Source: Saccharolobus solfataricus
GTDB taxonomy: Archaea > Thermoproteota > Thermoprotei_A > Sulfolobales > Sulfolobaceae
Direction: 5' to 3'
Length of the DNA stretch: 32,000 bases
NCBI RefSeq assembly: GCF_900079115.1
Contig: NZ_LT549890.1
Coordinates: forward strand, 1,290,001-1,322,000
Shown here piece after piece: positions 18,694-26,351 of the stretch. Within the stretch, counting starts at the first letter, position 1, and each line of letters begins with the position of its first letter. The translations under genes were made by a program, and so were the position numbers. The notes under the pieces were generated by a model. That model was not told the origin of the DNA. It was given only the letters and a program-made list of their open reading frames with translations, and made no database searches.

Positions 18694-19481
18694 TAGGTAT
18701 GGAAAAGAAAAACTCAATAAATATATCATTATTAGAAAATTTAGCAAATTTTTTCTCCATAGGGGAAATAGAAAAGGGAGAACTAAGAGCAAATTCAGAA
18801 ATAATTAATTATCTTTTAGAACAAGGTCTAATAAGACAAATAGAGAGAAATTTTATAGTAGATGAACTGCTCAAATTTATTATATTAAAATATAGTAATA
18901 TAGTAAAATTAAAAATGTCTAAAGACTATTTAGTGAAGACTCAATCAATATATATACTCTTAATGATAGTAGACGAGAATTATCATAAAATACCTTTTTA
19001 CGACTATATTGCGTATAGCGGACTGGTTAAGATAAAAAAGAAGAGAATTGCAAGGAGTGTAATAAGAAATGGTAAAAAGATCATCAATAATAATCAAGGC
19101 GAAATACATTTAATGAAATATCAAAAAAATAAAATAAAGGCTGAGATTAACCTAGATCAAACGAAGTCTGGAGAGATAATTGAATTCGGCTTATATATAT
19201 GGAATAGGCCATCTAAGCTAAGTTTAATGGGAGATAAGACCTTTAGCCAAAACTATTTCTGGATATACGCTCCTACCTTAGAATACTCCACCAAAATACT
19301 TCTCGAAAATAATCTAAATGTAGAATCGATAAACCTAGAAAGGTTCTTATATCTAGATGACAACCATCAAATTAAGGCACCAATTAAAAATCAATATATG
19401 CTCAGAAAAGAAAAAAATTATATTGAGATAAAAGTGCATTATCCTGATTATGGTATATATAAACTATCGTACAATTTATAA
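18690..19481 (+). CDS. hypothetical protein, cluster-flanking paralog B
   Basis: 263 aa. Either a GTG start overlaps the upstream stop, or the start is the ATG at 18699. It shares C-terminal motifs with 6106-6924 (see that feature). Confidence 0.7.
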   Translation: MIGMEKKNSINISLLENLANFFSIGEIEKGELRANSEIINYLLEQGLIRQIERNFIVDELLKFIILKYSNIVKLKMSKDYLVKTQSIYILLMIVDENYHKIPFYDYIAYSGLVKIKKKRIARSVIRNGKKIINNNQGEIHLMKYQKNKIKAEINLDQTKSGEIIEFGLYIWNRPSKLSLMGDKTFSQNYFWIYAPTLEYSTKILLENNLNVESINLERFLYLDDNHQIKAPIKNQYMLRKEKNYIEIKVHYPDYGIYKLSYNL

Positions 19482-19507
19482 ATTGTTAACTAGGTATTTA
19501 TCTTAAC

Positions 19508-19821
19508 GGGGGTTAAGGGGGCGGAAGACCCTTTCCGTGAGGGATGGATAGCCCCCTTATATAAAAGTTTTTTAACTAATCTAAATCATATATTTTTTAA
19601 TGATAGTTACCAATGGAGTGAGCGTCACCGAGACGTCTTGGTTAAAGCGAGGGTCGATGTGGTACGCCTCTGCTCCGGACAGTAGCCCCAAAGGGGTAAC
19701 AGTGTCATGGTTAATGAGTTTCGTTCGGGGTCGGAACGACCCTTAGTGTGGAGCTCCGCCCTCTACCGCTGGCAAGGTGGGGGTATGAAGCAGGAAGCCT
19801 TGTAGGGCAGGGTAGTTCACT
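19508..19821 (+). mobile_element. 314-bp ORF-less derivative (MITE-like) of an IS200/IS605-family tnpB element, retaining the left end and the right end/omega-RNA-like region
   Basis: 19508-19570 aligns with 245-310 (acgggggtt-aagggggcggaag...). 19725-19821 aligns with 1446-1549 (ggggtcggaacgacccttagtgtggagctccgccctctacc...ggcaaggtggggg...gaagcaggaagc...ggtagttcac). Both copies follow a TAAC (241-244 and 19504-19507). Confidence 0.75.
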
Positions 19822-19845
19822 ATACGAAAATCGTATCGATTGTTT

Positions 19846-20232
19846 GGGGTGTTCTAATGCATCCATCTTATTCGATAATAAATAATAAAATTATATCAGA
19901 TTAGAAATTTTCACAATTAGTCGTTCCGAATCCAGATGCAGCCAAAGGAATTAGAACGTGAAAACAGCCTCTGAAAAAGGTTTATGTGCAAGGATTACGA
20001 AATCTTTTTGTAGTAGTACTTGAATGGATCTCGCGAACTCTTGCACATAAGTTTTTCTAAAATAATGTCTTTGTTCAAATTTCTATATCTTAAACGTTAA
20101 ACGAGCGTTTTTCATATTACTCCAATATTTTTACAAATGTTTTTTGAATTTCATGACTGTTTGAGAACACTCCCAACTTGATATAATTTTACAAATAATT
20201 TTAGAATTTCATGATTGCATGAGAACACTCCC
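19846..20232. mobile_element. 387-bp non-autonomous derivative of the IS1-like element, with a duplicated right end
   Basis: The left inverted repeat ggggtgttctaatgcat and the next 110 nt align with the reverse complement of 5975-6086. The right end aatttcatgaYtgNNtgagaacactccc is present twice (ending at 20174 and 20232). An internal 11-bp stem pairs ttatgtgcaag (19982-19992) with cttgcacataa (20040-20050). Confidence 0.6.
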
Positions 20233-20577
20233 AATTCAAAGAAATCCAATTTTATTTATATCATCAGATACATATAATTAAATTTTAGACTATATTAAAA
20301 ACAGAGTAAATTTTCTTATATTTGAAGAAACAATATGATAATCCTAGCTGAATTTATATTTGTAAGACGATTTTGGATCTACTGAGAAGGGGCGAGGCTT
20401 GTCTTTTCTGTGTCAAAAGAGTTTGAAACTGAAGTAGAAAGTCGTATCTTAAGTACTCGAGTTAAGTTTAAAGTCATGCTATACACTTTTTAATACTGTG
20501 ATTTATACTTTACAATTCCAACTGAAAATCTCGAATGACGTAATTGTCCCCCTTTCACATCTAAACTCAGTAGGACC

Positions 20578-21279
20578 TTGTTCCTCTCCTTCTCCCCAAC
20601 TTACTCAAAGATCACTGAAAGCAAGGAACCACACAAACCCTTAAGAATAACCGTAATAAAAGATCACGGCAAACCCTTATATTCCACGGGTAAAAATAAA
20701 ATAGTGCTAAAGACTGAAAACACATACACATTTACCGTAAATACCCTATTAGAGGATGTGGTAAAGGAAGTGGTAAAGACCGAGAGTGTCAATAAGGAAA
20801 TTTACAATACGAAATTTCACGTTGAGCTGGAAAACATTATAGTCAAAGAGGAGTTTAAGATTAATGATGCCAGATTCTACAAAATTCACTTTAAGACCCC
20901 AACACTCCTACAACCCCCGAGACCTAGTATCAAAAGAAAAGGCAATAGATACGTCTTGTTCCCTTACGTTCCACTCCTCTTTTACTCCATAGCCTCCCAT
21001 TGGAATAGATACATGAATAACAAGATAGTTGGAGTAACTGGTAGCAAAACCCTATATTATTTTAGAGAAGTAAATTACAAGATAAGGCCTCTAACCGCAT
21101 ATTATGGGAACATACCTAATAAGGGATTTGTGGGATGGGTTTTATTTGAGTTAAAAGCTAGGAAGGGAAGCAATTTAAGGGAAAACATCAGAAGGCTCTT
21201 AGATTACGCAAATTACTTCGGTATAGGAAAAAGCAGAAATATAGGTTTTGGAGAAGTAGATGTAAGACCTTTGGAATAA
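20578..21279 (+). CDS. cas6: Cas6 CRISPR repeat endoribonuclease
   Basis: 233 aa. The C-terminal glycine-rich loop [14 protein letters not shown] is the Cas6 signature G-x-G-x-x-x-x-x-G-F-G. The body is beta-rich with a double ferredoxin-like pattern. Only a TTG start is available, because the frame is closed at 20536-20538 and has no ATG. No clear TATA is visible, so the N-terminus or expression may be compromised by upstream IS debris. Confidence 0.8.
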   Translation: MFLSFSPTYSKITESKEPHKPLRITVIKDHGKPLYSTGKNKIVLKTENTYTFTVNTLLEDVVKEVVKTESVNKEIYNTKFHVELENIIVKEEFKINDARFYKIHFKTPTLLQPPRPSIKRKGNRYVLFPYVPLLFYSIASHWNRYMNNKIVGVTGSKTLYYFREVNYKIRPLTAYYGNIPNKGFVGWVLFELKARKGSNLRENIRRLLDYANYFGIGKSRNIGFGEVDVRPLE

Positions 21280-21398
21280 TATTAAAGATATCTTATTTGA
21301 TTTCTTAAAGATCTATCATGCTGAATTATTACAGAATAGGTAACTTAATTTGATTAAATTAATGCATATACGTTTATCATTAGTTTTCCTCCAATTTT

Positions 21399-21431
21399 GG
21401 GTGATTCAAGGATCCTTGCGATTTCAATTTG
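21399..21431 (-). repeat. terminal fragment of the 164-bp MITE family
   Basis: gggtgattcaaggatccttgcgatttcaatttg matches the reverse complement of 4254-4286. Confidence 0.5.
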
Positions 21432-21493
21432 TTTCTCTAAAAACAGATAAGAATAATTGATTCGACATTTTCGATAATACTAATAAGAGACGA

Positions 21494-21553
21494 GGGAATG
21501 TTCTCATGCAGTCATCTTATTCGAGAAGTGTTAGTGAAAATATATCTGATTAG
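21494..21553 (+). repeat. solo left end of the IS1-like element
   Basis: gggaatgttctcatgcagtcatcttattcgagaagtgttagtgaaaatatatctgattag aligns with 5448-5505. No partner end or ORF is nearby. Confidence 0.6.
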
Positions 21554-21967
21554 AGGTTTTTATAACTAGCTGGAATTTCCAGACCTCCTAACTCCGAGTA
21601 TTGCCAGAACGTTAGGAATGACTAAAAGCCTCGAAATGTCTTCTACTTCTCTCTTAATATAAACTCATTGACAACTTTTGCTTCTACCAATTCCTTCTGG
21701 TCTGCACTATTCTTTTAGCTTCTTCAACATTCACATGCGGAGTAGACTCCACAAATATATTTTAAACTTTGTGGAATACACTCCACTAATCCGATGAGTT
21801 TGTACCTACCTCGCAAGTTGTCCGAATTGAGTAAAAACCCAAATAGTAAAGTTTATGGGAACCCAGAGACAAGGTTAATTGAAACCTTTTTTAACGATGA
21901 TTCTGACAAAAGGTGAAACAAAGCTGATATTAAATAAAGATTTAAGGTCAGACAAAGAGGTCATATT

Positions 21968-22501
21968 ATGGAGTCGCAGTTACCTAAATTCTTAAAGGAA
22001 CCGGAGAAGTACTCTAGGTTGAGATTACTTGAGGCTCTGCAAGAGCTCTATTTAAGCATTGAAATGCTCAAAGAAGGCTATAGCAGGAACTCCGCAAGTA
22101 AATTATTCCTCTCATGGAAGGCGCTTTTAAGTTCAATCGTTGTTACAAATTTTGGCAAAATAATGGAAACGAAGAAGAAAGAAGGGAAGGAAGACGAGAT
22201 AAAGTGGTACATGAGAATAGGATATTCTGCACCTACTACTGGTCTAATAGGGATTGCAAGAGACCTTGAGAATCTCGGATTTAAAGGGTTAGTTAATCTA
22301 ACAACCGCAATGCTGGGGATTCACAGATACGCATATAACGGTTTAGATGAGGATATAAGTCCTTTTCACAGTAGGAGTGAAGCAATAATATCAATAAAGG
22401 GGTTAATAAAAGCTGAAGTTGAAATAGTAGGCTCAATGAAATTTGGGGATGAAGAGAAAGAGCTCTTTGAGAAAATAAAGAGGGAATTGAACAACATCTG
22501 A
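21968..22501 (+). CDS. hypothetical all-helical protein (possibly PaREP1/HEPN-like)
   Basis: 177 aa. The helical pattern is LLEALQELYLSIEMLKEGYSRNSASKLFLSWKALLS ... LGIHRYAYNG. My recollection of archaeal PaREP1-family proteins is similar, but I cannot verify it. Confidence 0.5.
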   Translation: MESQLPKFLKEPEKYSRLRLLEALQELYLSIEMLKEGYSRNSASKLFLSWKALLSSIVVTNFGKIMETKKKEGKEDEIKWYMRIGYSAPTTGLIGIARDLENLGFKGLVNLTTAMLGIHRYAYNGLDEDISPFHSRSEAIISIKGLIKAEVEIVGSMKFGDEEKELFEKIKRELNNI

Positions 22502-22606
22502 TGGGGAGTCTTATCTAATTTTCTTTTGATGCAAAATGTTAGCGTATAAATTAGAATAAAGGAATCAGATAACTAACATCGTATATTAGTATAATAACAA
22601 CGTAAT

Positions 22607-22750
22607 TTATTTCTTCTCTTTCTCCTCTAATTTTCTAAACTCCAATCTGATCTCACCAAACTTAATACCTCTACTCCTACCAATACCCAGATAAGATGAC
22701 GCTAACAAATACATTAAGGCTCTCCTCTTTAACTTTTCATCTGGTAGCAT
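22607..22750 (-). pseudogene. cas6 3'-terminal remnant (47 codons)
   Basis: My own translation is MLPDEKLKRRALMYLLASSYLGIGRSRGIKFGEIRLEFRKLEEKEKK. The segment YLGIGRSRGIKFGE parallels [14 protein letters not shown] of the cas6 at 20578-21279. An in-frame stop lies immediately upstream of the ATG. Confidence 0.4.
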
Positions 22751-22767
22751 TTATCGGAAAATCCTGG

Positions 22768-22845
22768 CATAGTATTTATAGGAAAATCGTTACACTTTTA
22801 CGTTACATTAAAAATATATAACGAATCTTTCCCGGTTAGATGAGA
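22768..22845 (-). promoter_or_regulatory. promoter-like module with CGTTAC-N7-CGTTAC plus a TATA-like box; inverted copy of 26185-26262
   Basis: On the minus strand it reads ...aatGTAACGtaaaagtGTAACGattttcctataaatac... The TATA-like cctataaata ends about 22 nt upstream of ATG 22750. It is about 75% identical by eye to 26185-26262. Confidence 0.45.
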
Positions 22846-22866
22846 AATGTTTATTGATAAGCTATA

Positions 22867-23943
22867 TACTTCGTCAGACTTTAAAGAGCAAGATTTATAT
22901 TTCATGAGTAATACTAAATTGTTATGCCGAAATCCAGAATGCACGGTATAAGGCTCGACAAGAAACAAGAGGAAGAGAGGAGGATTAACGCTGTAAAAGA
23001 TGTGAGGAACGGGATGAGTATAAAGGACGTTGCCAAGAAGTATGACGTCTCCATCTTTACCGTGTACAAGTGGTTGAGGAAAGGTGACCTGAGCGCTAAG
23101 CCGAGGAAGGGACCCACGAAACTGAAGGACGAGGAAAAGCTCGTCCGAATCTTAGAAAAGAGCCCAAGAGATTTCGGCTTGAACTACGATTTCTGGACCT
23201 TGAAGCTCATAGCGTATATACTTGACAAGGAATTTGGGATAAAGTACAACCCGAGGAGTTTAAGCCCAGTCCTCAAGAAGTTAGGCTTCAAGTACAAGAA
23301 AGGAAAGAGAACTTACGTTAGAGACGATAACGCTGTAGAAAGGTGGGTGAAGGAACAAGGGGAGAAGCTTTTAAAAAAATAAGAGAAGGGTACAAGGTAC
23401 ACATCTTCGATGAGTCGTACGTGTCCTACATAAACAAGGGTAAAGGCTGGATGAAGGTCGGAGGAGGGATAAAGGTCAACCCTAAGAGGAAGAGGTTTGC
23501 AGTAGTAGGCGGGATAACGATTAGTAAAGAGGGAATAACTTTCTCCTATTCGACATACAAGAAGCCCTCGCTGAACTCAAAAGATATTATACTCTACTTG
23601 AGGAAGGTAATAAAGGACGAGAAGACCGTGATAGTGATGGATAATGCTAGAATACACGGTAATGAAGTGAGGGAATTCCTTGAGGAAAATGGGGTGGAGT
23701 TTGTTTATCTGCCGCCTTACTCTCCGGATAAGAGTCCGGCGGAGGGGCCGTGGGCAGTCCTCAAGAAAAGGCTCTACTCGAAGATTTACACGGACTTCGA
23801 GACCTTAATGTGGGATGCAACGAGGTTCCTACGCTCCATATCCAAGAGAGTAAATGACCTTACGTATAGTGTGAAGAGGTGCGGTGAACCTTGGACGTCA
23901 ATACTGAGTGAAGTTTTCTTGCCCTTTAAAGTCTGACGAAGTA
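22867..23943 (+). mobile_element. IS630/Tc1-family IS, 1077 bp; ISC1078 size class
   Basis: Perfect 20-bp terminal inverted repeats: tacttcgtcagactttaaag at 22867-22886 and its reverse complement at 23924-23943. TA target duplications lie at 22865-22866 and 23944-23945. Confidence 0.9.
22924..23936 (+). CDS. IS630-family transposase, two overlapping frames joined by a probable -1 frameshift on T TTA AAA AAA
   Basis: ORFA (22924-23382) carries HTH/winged-helix motifs (MSIKDVAKKYDVSIFTVYKWLRKG; WTLKLIAYIL). ORFB (in the -1 frame, ending 23936) carries DDE_3 motifs IFDESYV, VIVMDNARIH and LPPYSPDKSPAEGPW. An A7 run at 23373-23379 lies in the overlap. Confidence 0.85.
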
Positions 23944-24134
23944 TAATATTAAGAAGTACAATGAAAGATATTTATAAATACATGGATAAATATTTTGACT
24001 TTTTATGATAAGGGAATTTCCTAAAACTACTACTGGCAGTTCAAGAGGCCCATAAAAACTTTTTAAAATTAGAGCCTTTAATTTTAGTATGACCAAAGAA
24101 TTGACGAGGGAGCTTCCGGTATAAAAACCTTTCC

Positions 24135-24220
24135 GTGAAAATCGAGCATAGTACACACCTCAATGCTGGTATTGGGGTAAAGAACTGTTTGATCCAGTGA
24201 AAATCGAGCATAGTACACAC
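24135..24220 (+). repeat. 24-bp perfect direct repeat gtgaaaatcgagcatagtacacac (24135-24158 and 24197-24220)
   Basis: Read directly from the sequence. It lies just 3' of the IS110-like transposase stop, between that element and the IS630-like element. Confidence 0.7.
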
Positions 24221-24246
24221 TACTTATTCAAGTGATGTCACCTGCT

Positions 24247-25275
24247 TTACTCGCTAGCATCAAAGGGCTTATTATAATACAGCACAGCCCAAGTAATAAC
24301 AGCAAGCTTCCTGGCACAAGCAGTAATCAACTTTTTACCCTTCAAATTCCCCTTGTGCTCCTCATAAAACCGCTTAATAATAGGATTAACCTTGATAGCA
24401 GTTAAAGCTGCAAGATAGAAAGCCCTCCTCAAAACAGCATCACCCCTCCTAGATATGCCTCTCGATACAACACTCTTCCCACTGAATTCAACAAGAGGAT
24501 CGAGACCACAGTAAGCGACAAACCTCTTCTTGTCACCAAAACGCTTAACATCACCAACCCTTGCTAAAATTATACAACCCAGCGTTCTTCCAATACCCGG
24601 AATCGTGAAGATCAAACTATCCTTAGGAACAAGATCCTCAAGCTCTTCCTCAATCTCCCTCTTCCTAACCTCAAGCCTCTCCAACTCGTCCAAGAGGAAC
24701 CTAACCTCAGATAATACTATATTATCCTCCCCCCTCAATACCTCATTCAAGTTCTTCTTGGACAAACTGTCCTTATAGCCTAGAAGTATTAAATCCCTCC
24801 TTAGCCTATTCTTAACCCTAACAATGCTCCTTGTGATAAAATCCCATTGGCTTGTTAACTCCTTAGCCTCACTCGTTGTAAACTCACTGCCCATACTTAT
24901 AACTAGTTCAGCGAGCTTTTTATCATTCTTATCACTCTTCTTACCCCTAATGTCCTTGAACTTCTTGAGTACGAGGGGATTAATAATCCTCACTAGTATT
25001 TTGGAAAAGTTCTTAGACTATGATCTAGTGATATATCCTTTGCCTAAAGCTATAAACTTTCTGAAAGCACTAACGTCGTACTCTTTACCCAAGTACTTAG
25101 CCAAGTTGATGTGGTAAACTCCCGTACTTTCTATAGCAACTTTGCAACCCTTTGGCAAGACTTGCTTTACTCCTTCAAAACCTTGCTTATTATTTTGAAA
25201 TTCATAGTATTTACCTTGGAAGTACACTACTAATTTATCTTTTGAAACATCTATTCCGGCGACTGGGGCCTCCAT
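24247..25275 (-). pseudogene. IS110-family (DEDD) transposase split by a 79-bp MITE
   Basis: The N-terminal part is MEAPVAGIDVSKDKLVVY...VAIESTGVYHINLAKYL (DEDD_Tnp_IS110-like). The C-terminal part is INPLVLKKFKDIRGKKSDKNDKKLAEL...IPGIGRTLGCIILARVGDVKRF...YCGLDPLVEFSGKS (Transposase_20-like). The two ORFs are in the same frame and are separated by a stop inside the MITE. The IS ends are not definable by eye. Confidence 0.85.
24994..25072 (+). mobile_element. 79-bp MITE (copy 3), TA-flanked, inside the IS110-like transposase gene
   Basis: Near-identical to 5896-5973 and to the reverse complement of 4686-4764. Confidence 0.8.
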
Positions 25276-25382
25276 GTATACTCACCCTTATTCGGGCTTC
25301 AAGCCCAACTTCCGGTCCGAATTGGAGGAGGCCAAGCTCCCTCTCGAGCTCTAAGCCCAAGGAGATCAACGGCCTCAACCCC

Positions 25383-25411
25383 AGTCAGATCTGTAATACG
25401 CAGATCTGACT
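25383..25411. other. perfect 11-bp stem / 7-nt loop hairpin in the GC-rich non-coding region upstream of the IS110-like transposase
   Basis: agtcagatctg-taatacg-cagatctgact, 108-136 nt upstream (minus-strand sense) of ATG 25275. The whole 25276-25420 segment is GC-rich relative to its surroundings. Confidence 0.6.
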
Positions 25412-25536
25412 AATATGTTTTATATAAGGAGATAAGCTACAAGACAGTAGAGAGACTATACTTCCACCCTCACATCTTCATCATCCTCTACAACCTGCTC
25501 TCAAAGACCGTTGATGACCTTAAGATTGACGCGACC

Positions 25537-26060
25537 ATGGACGGGTTGTTCCCCAGTAGTAACCAAGCATTACAAGAGTGAAAGAGAGAAATCCAGGGAA
25601 GAGATAAAGGAAGGGAGAACTTCGTATACTCCTTCTTCACCTTTGACTTAGGCAGTAACCTGATTGTCGCTTACGGTTATTCGCTTAAGAGTGAGAGGGA
25701 GGCTTATGAGATGGCCCTCGAAGTCCTGAGGGATCTTGCCGTTCGAGTGGACTCTTGAGAGCTGATAAGTACTACAAGTCTACACTGGATGACTTCCCTG
25801 ATTCTGAGGTCTACTTGATACCTAAGTCTAACGCCACGATCAAGGGAGGGAAAAGGTGGAGGGAGATGATATTGAGGTTCATGAGGAACCCACTGGAGTA
25901 TTTGGAGGAGTATTTCAAGCGTGAGAGGGCTGAGTCTCTGATCTTCATTAAAAGGAGGACAAGGTGGATCATAAATAAGGTTAGGGAAGAGAGGATTCAC
26001 TTGACGATCTTAGCGAGGGTCGCGATTCACAATCTACTGTGGTCTAAAGCGTTAGGTTAA
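25537..26060 (+). pseudogene. decayed DDE transposase (frameshifted, N-terminally truncated), family uncertain
   Basis: One frame gives KGRENFVYSFFTFDLGSNLIVAYGYSLKSEREAYEMALEVLRDLAVRVDS*. The next frame gives RADKYYKSTLDDFPDSEVYLIPKSNATIKGGKRWREMI...RAESLIFIKRR...HNLL, where aDKyY and the E-containing tail are typical of IS4/IS5/ISH3-like enzymes. Confidence 0.55.
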
Positions 26061-26184
26061 AAATCCTGTAGGGGTTCAAAGAAATTCCCTTACCATAAAA
26101 AATTTTAATACTTGTTCATGAACTAATGAATATCACGAGTTTTATTCCTTAGTCTCACCAGTTACTAAAAAAAGATTTTCAGTT

Positions 26185-26262
26185 AACGAGAGGATCTTTC
26201 TTATATGTTTTTAACGTAACGTAAAAATGTAACGATTTTCTTATAAGTGCTAATCCCGAGAT
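26185..26262 (+). promoter_or_regulatory. promoter-like module with GTAACG-N7-GTAACG (26216-26221 and 26229-26234) plus a TATA-like box; inverted copy of 22768-22845
   Basis: taacGTAACGtaaaaatGTAACGattttcttataagtgc lies about 120-135 nt upstream of ATG 26352. A second TATA-like ctatataaattt lies at 26264-26275. Confidence 0.45.
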
Positions 26263-26351
26263 GCTATATAAATTTAGAACCCATTAGACTAATTTGTCCC
26301 AGACTCCACTAACCACAATGCTTTAATTCTATGTTTAAACATGAATTTTAA

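Noticed and set aside
21560-21960. Fragmentary minus-strand frames (for example VESTPHVNVEEAKRIVQTRRNW)
   Set aside because: They are interrupted by stops and have no motif I can name. This is probably decayed coding sequence but it is not annotatable.
25704-26000. 98-aa minus-strand ORF and 25152-25409 plus-strand ORF
   Set aside because: The first is antisense to the decayed DDE transposase reading frames. The second lies over the IS110 N-terminal coding region and GC-rich non-coding end. Both are P/S/L/R-rich chance frames.
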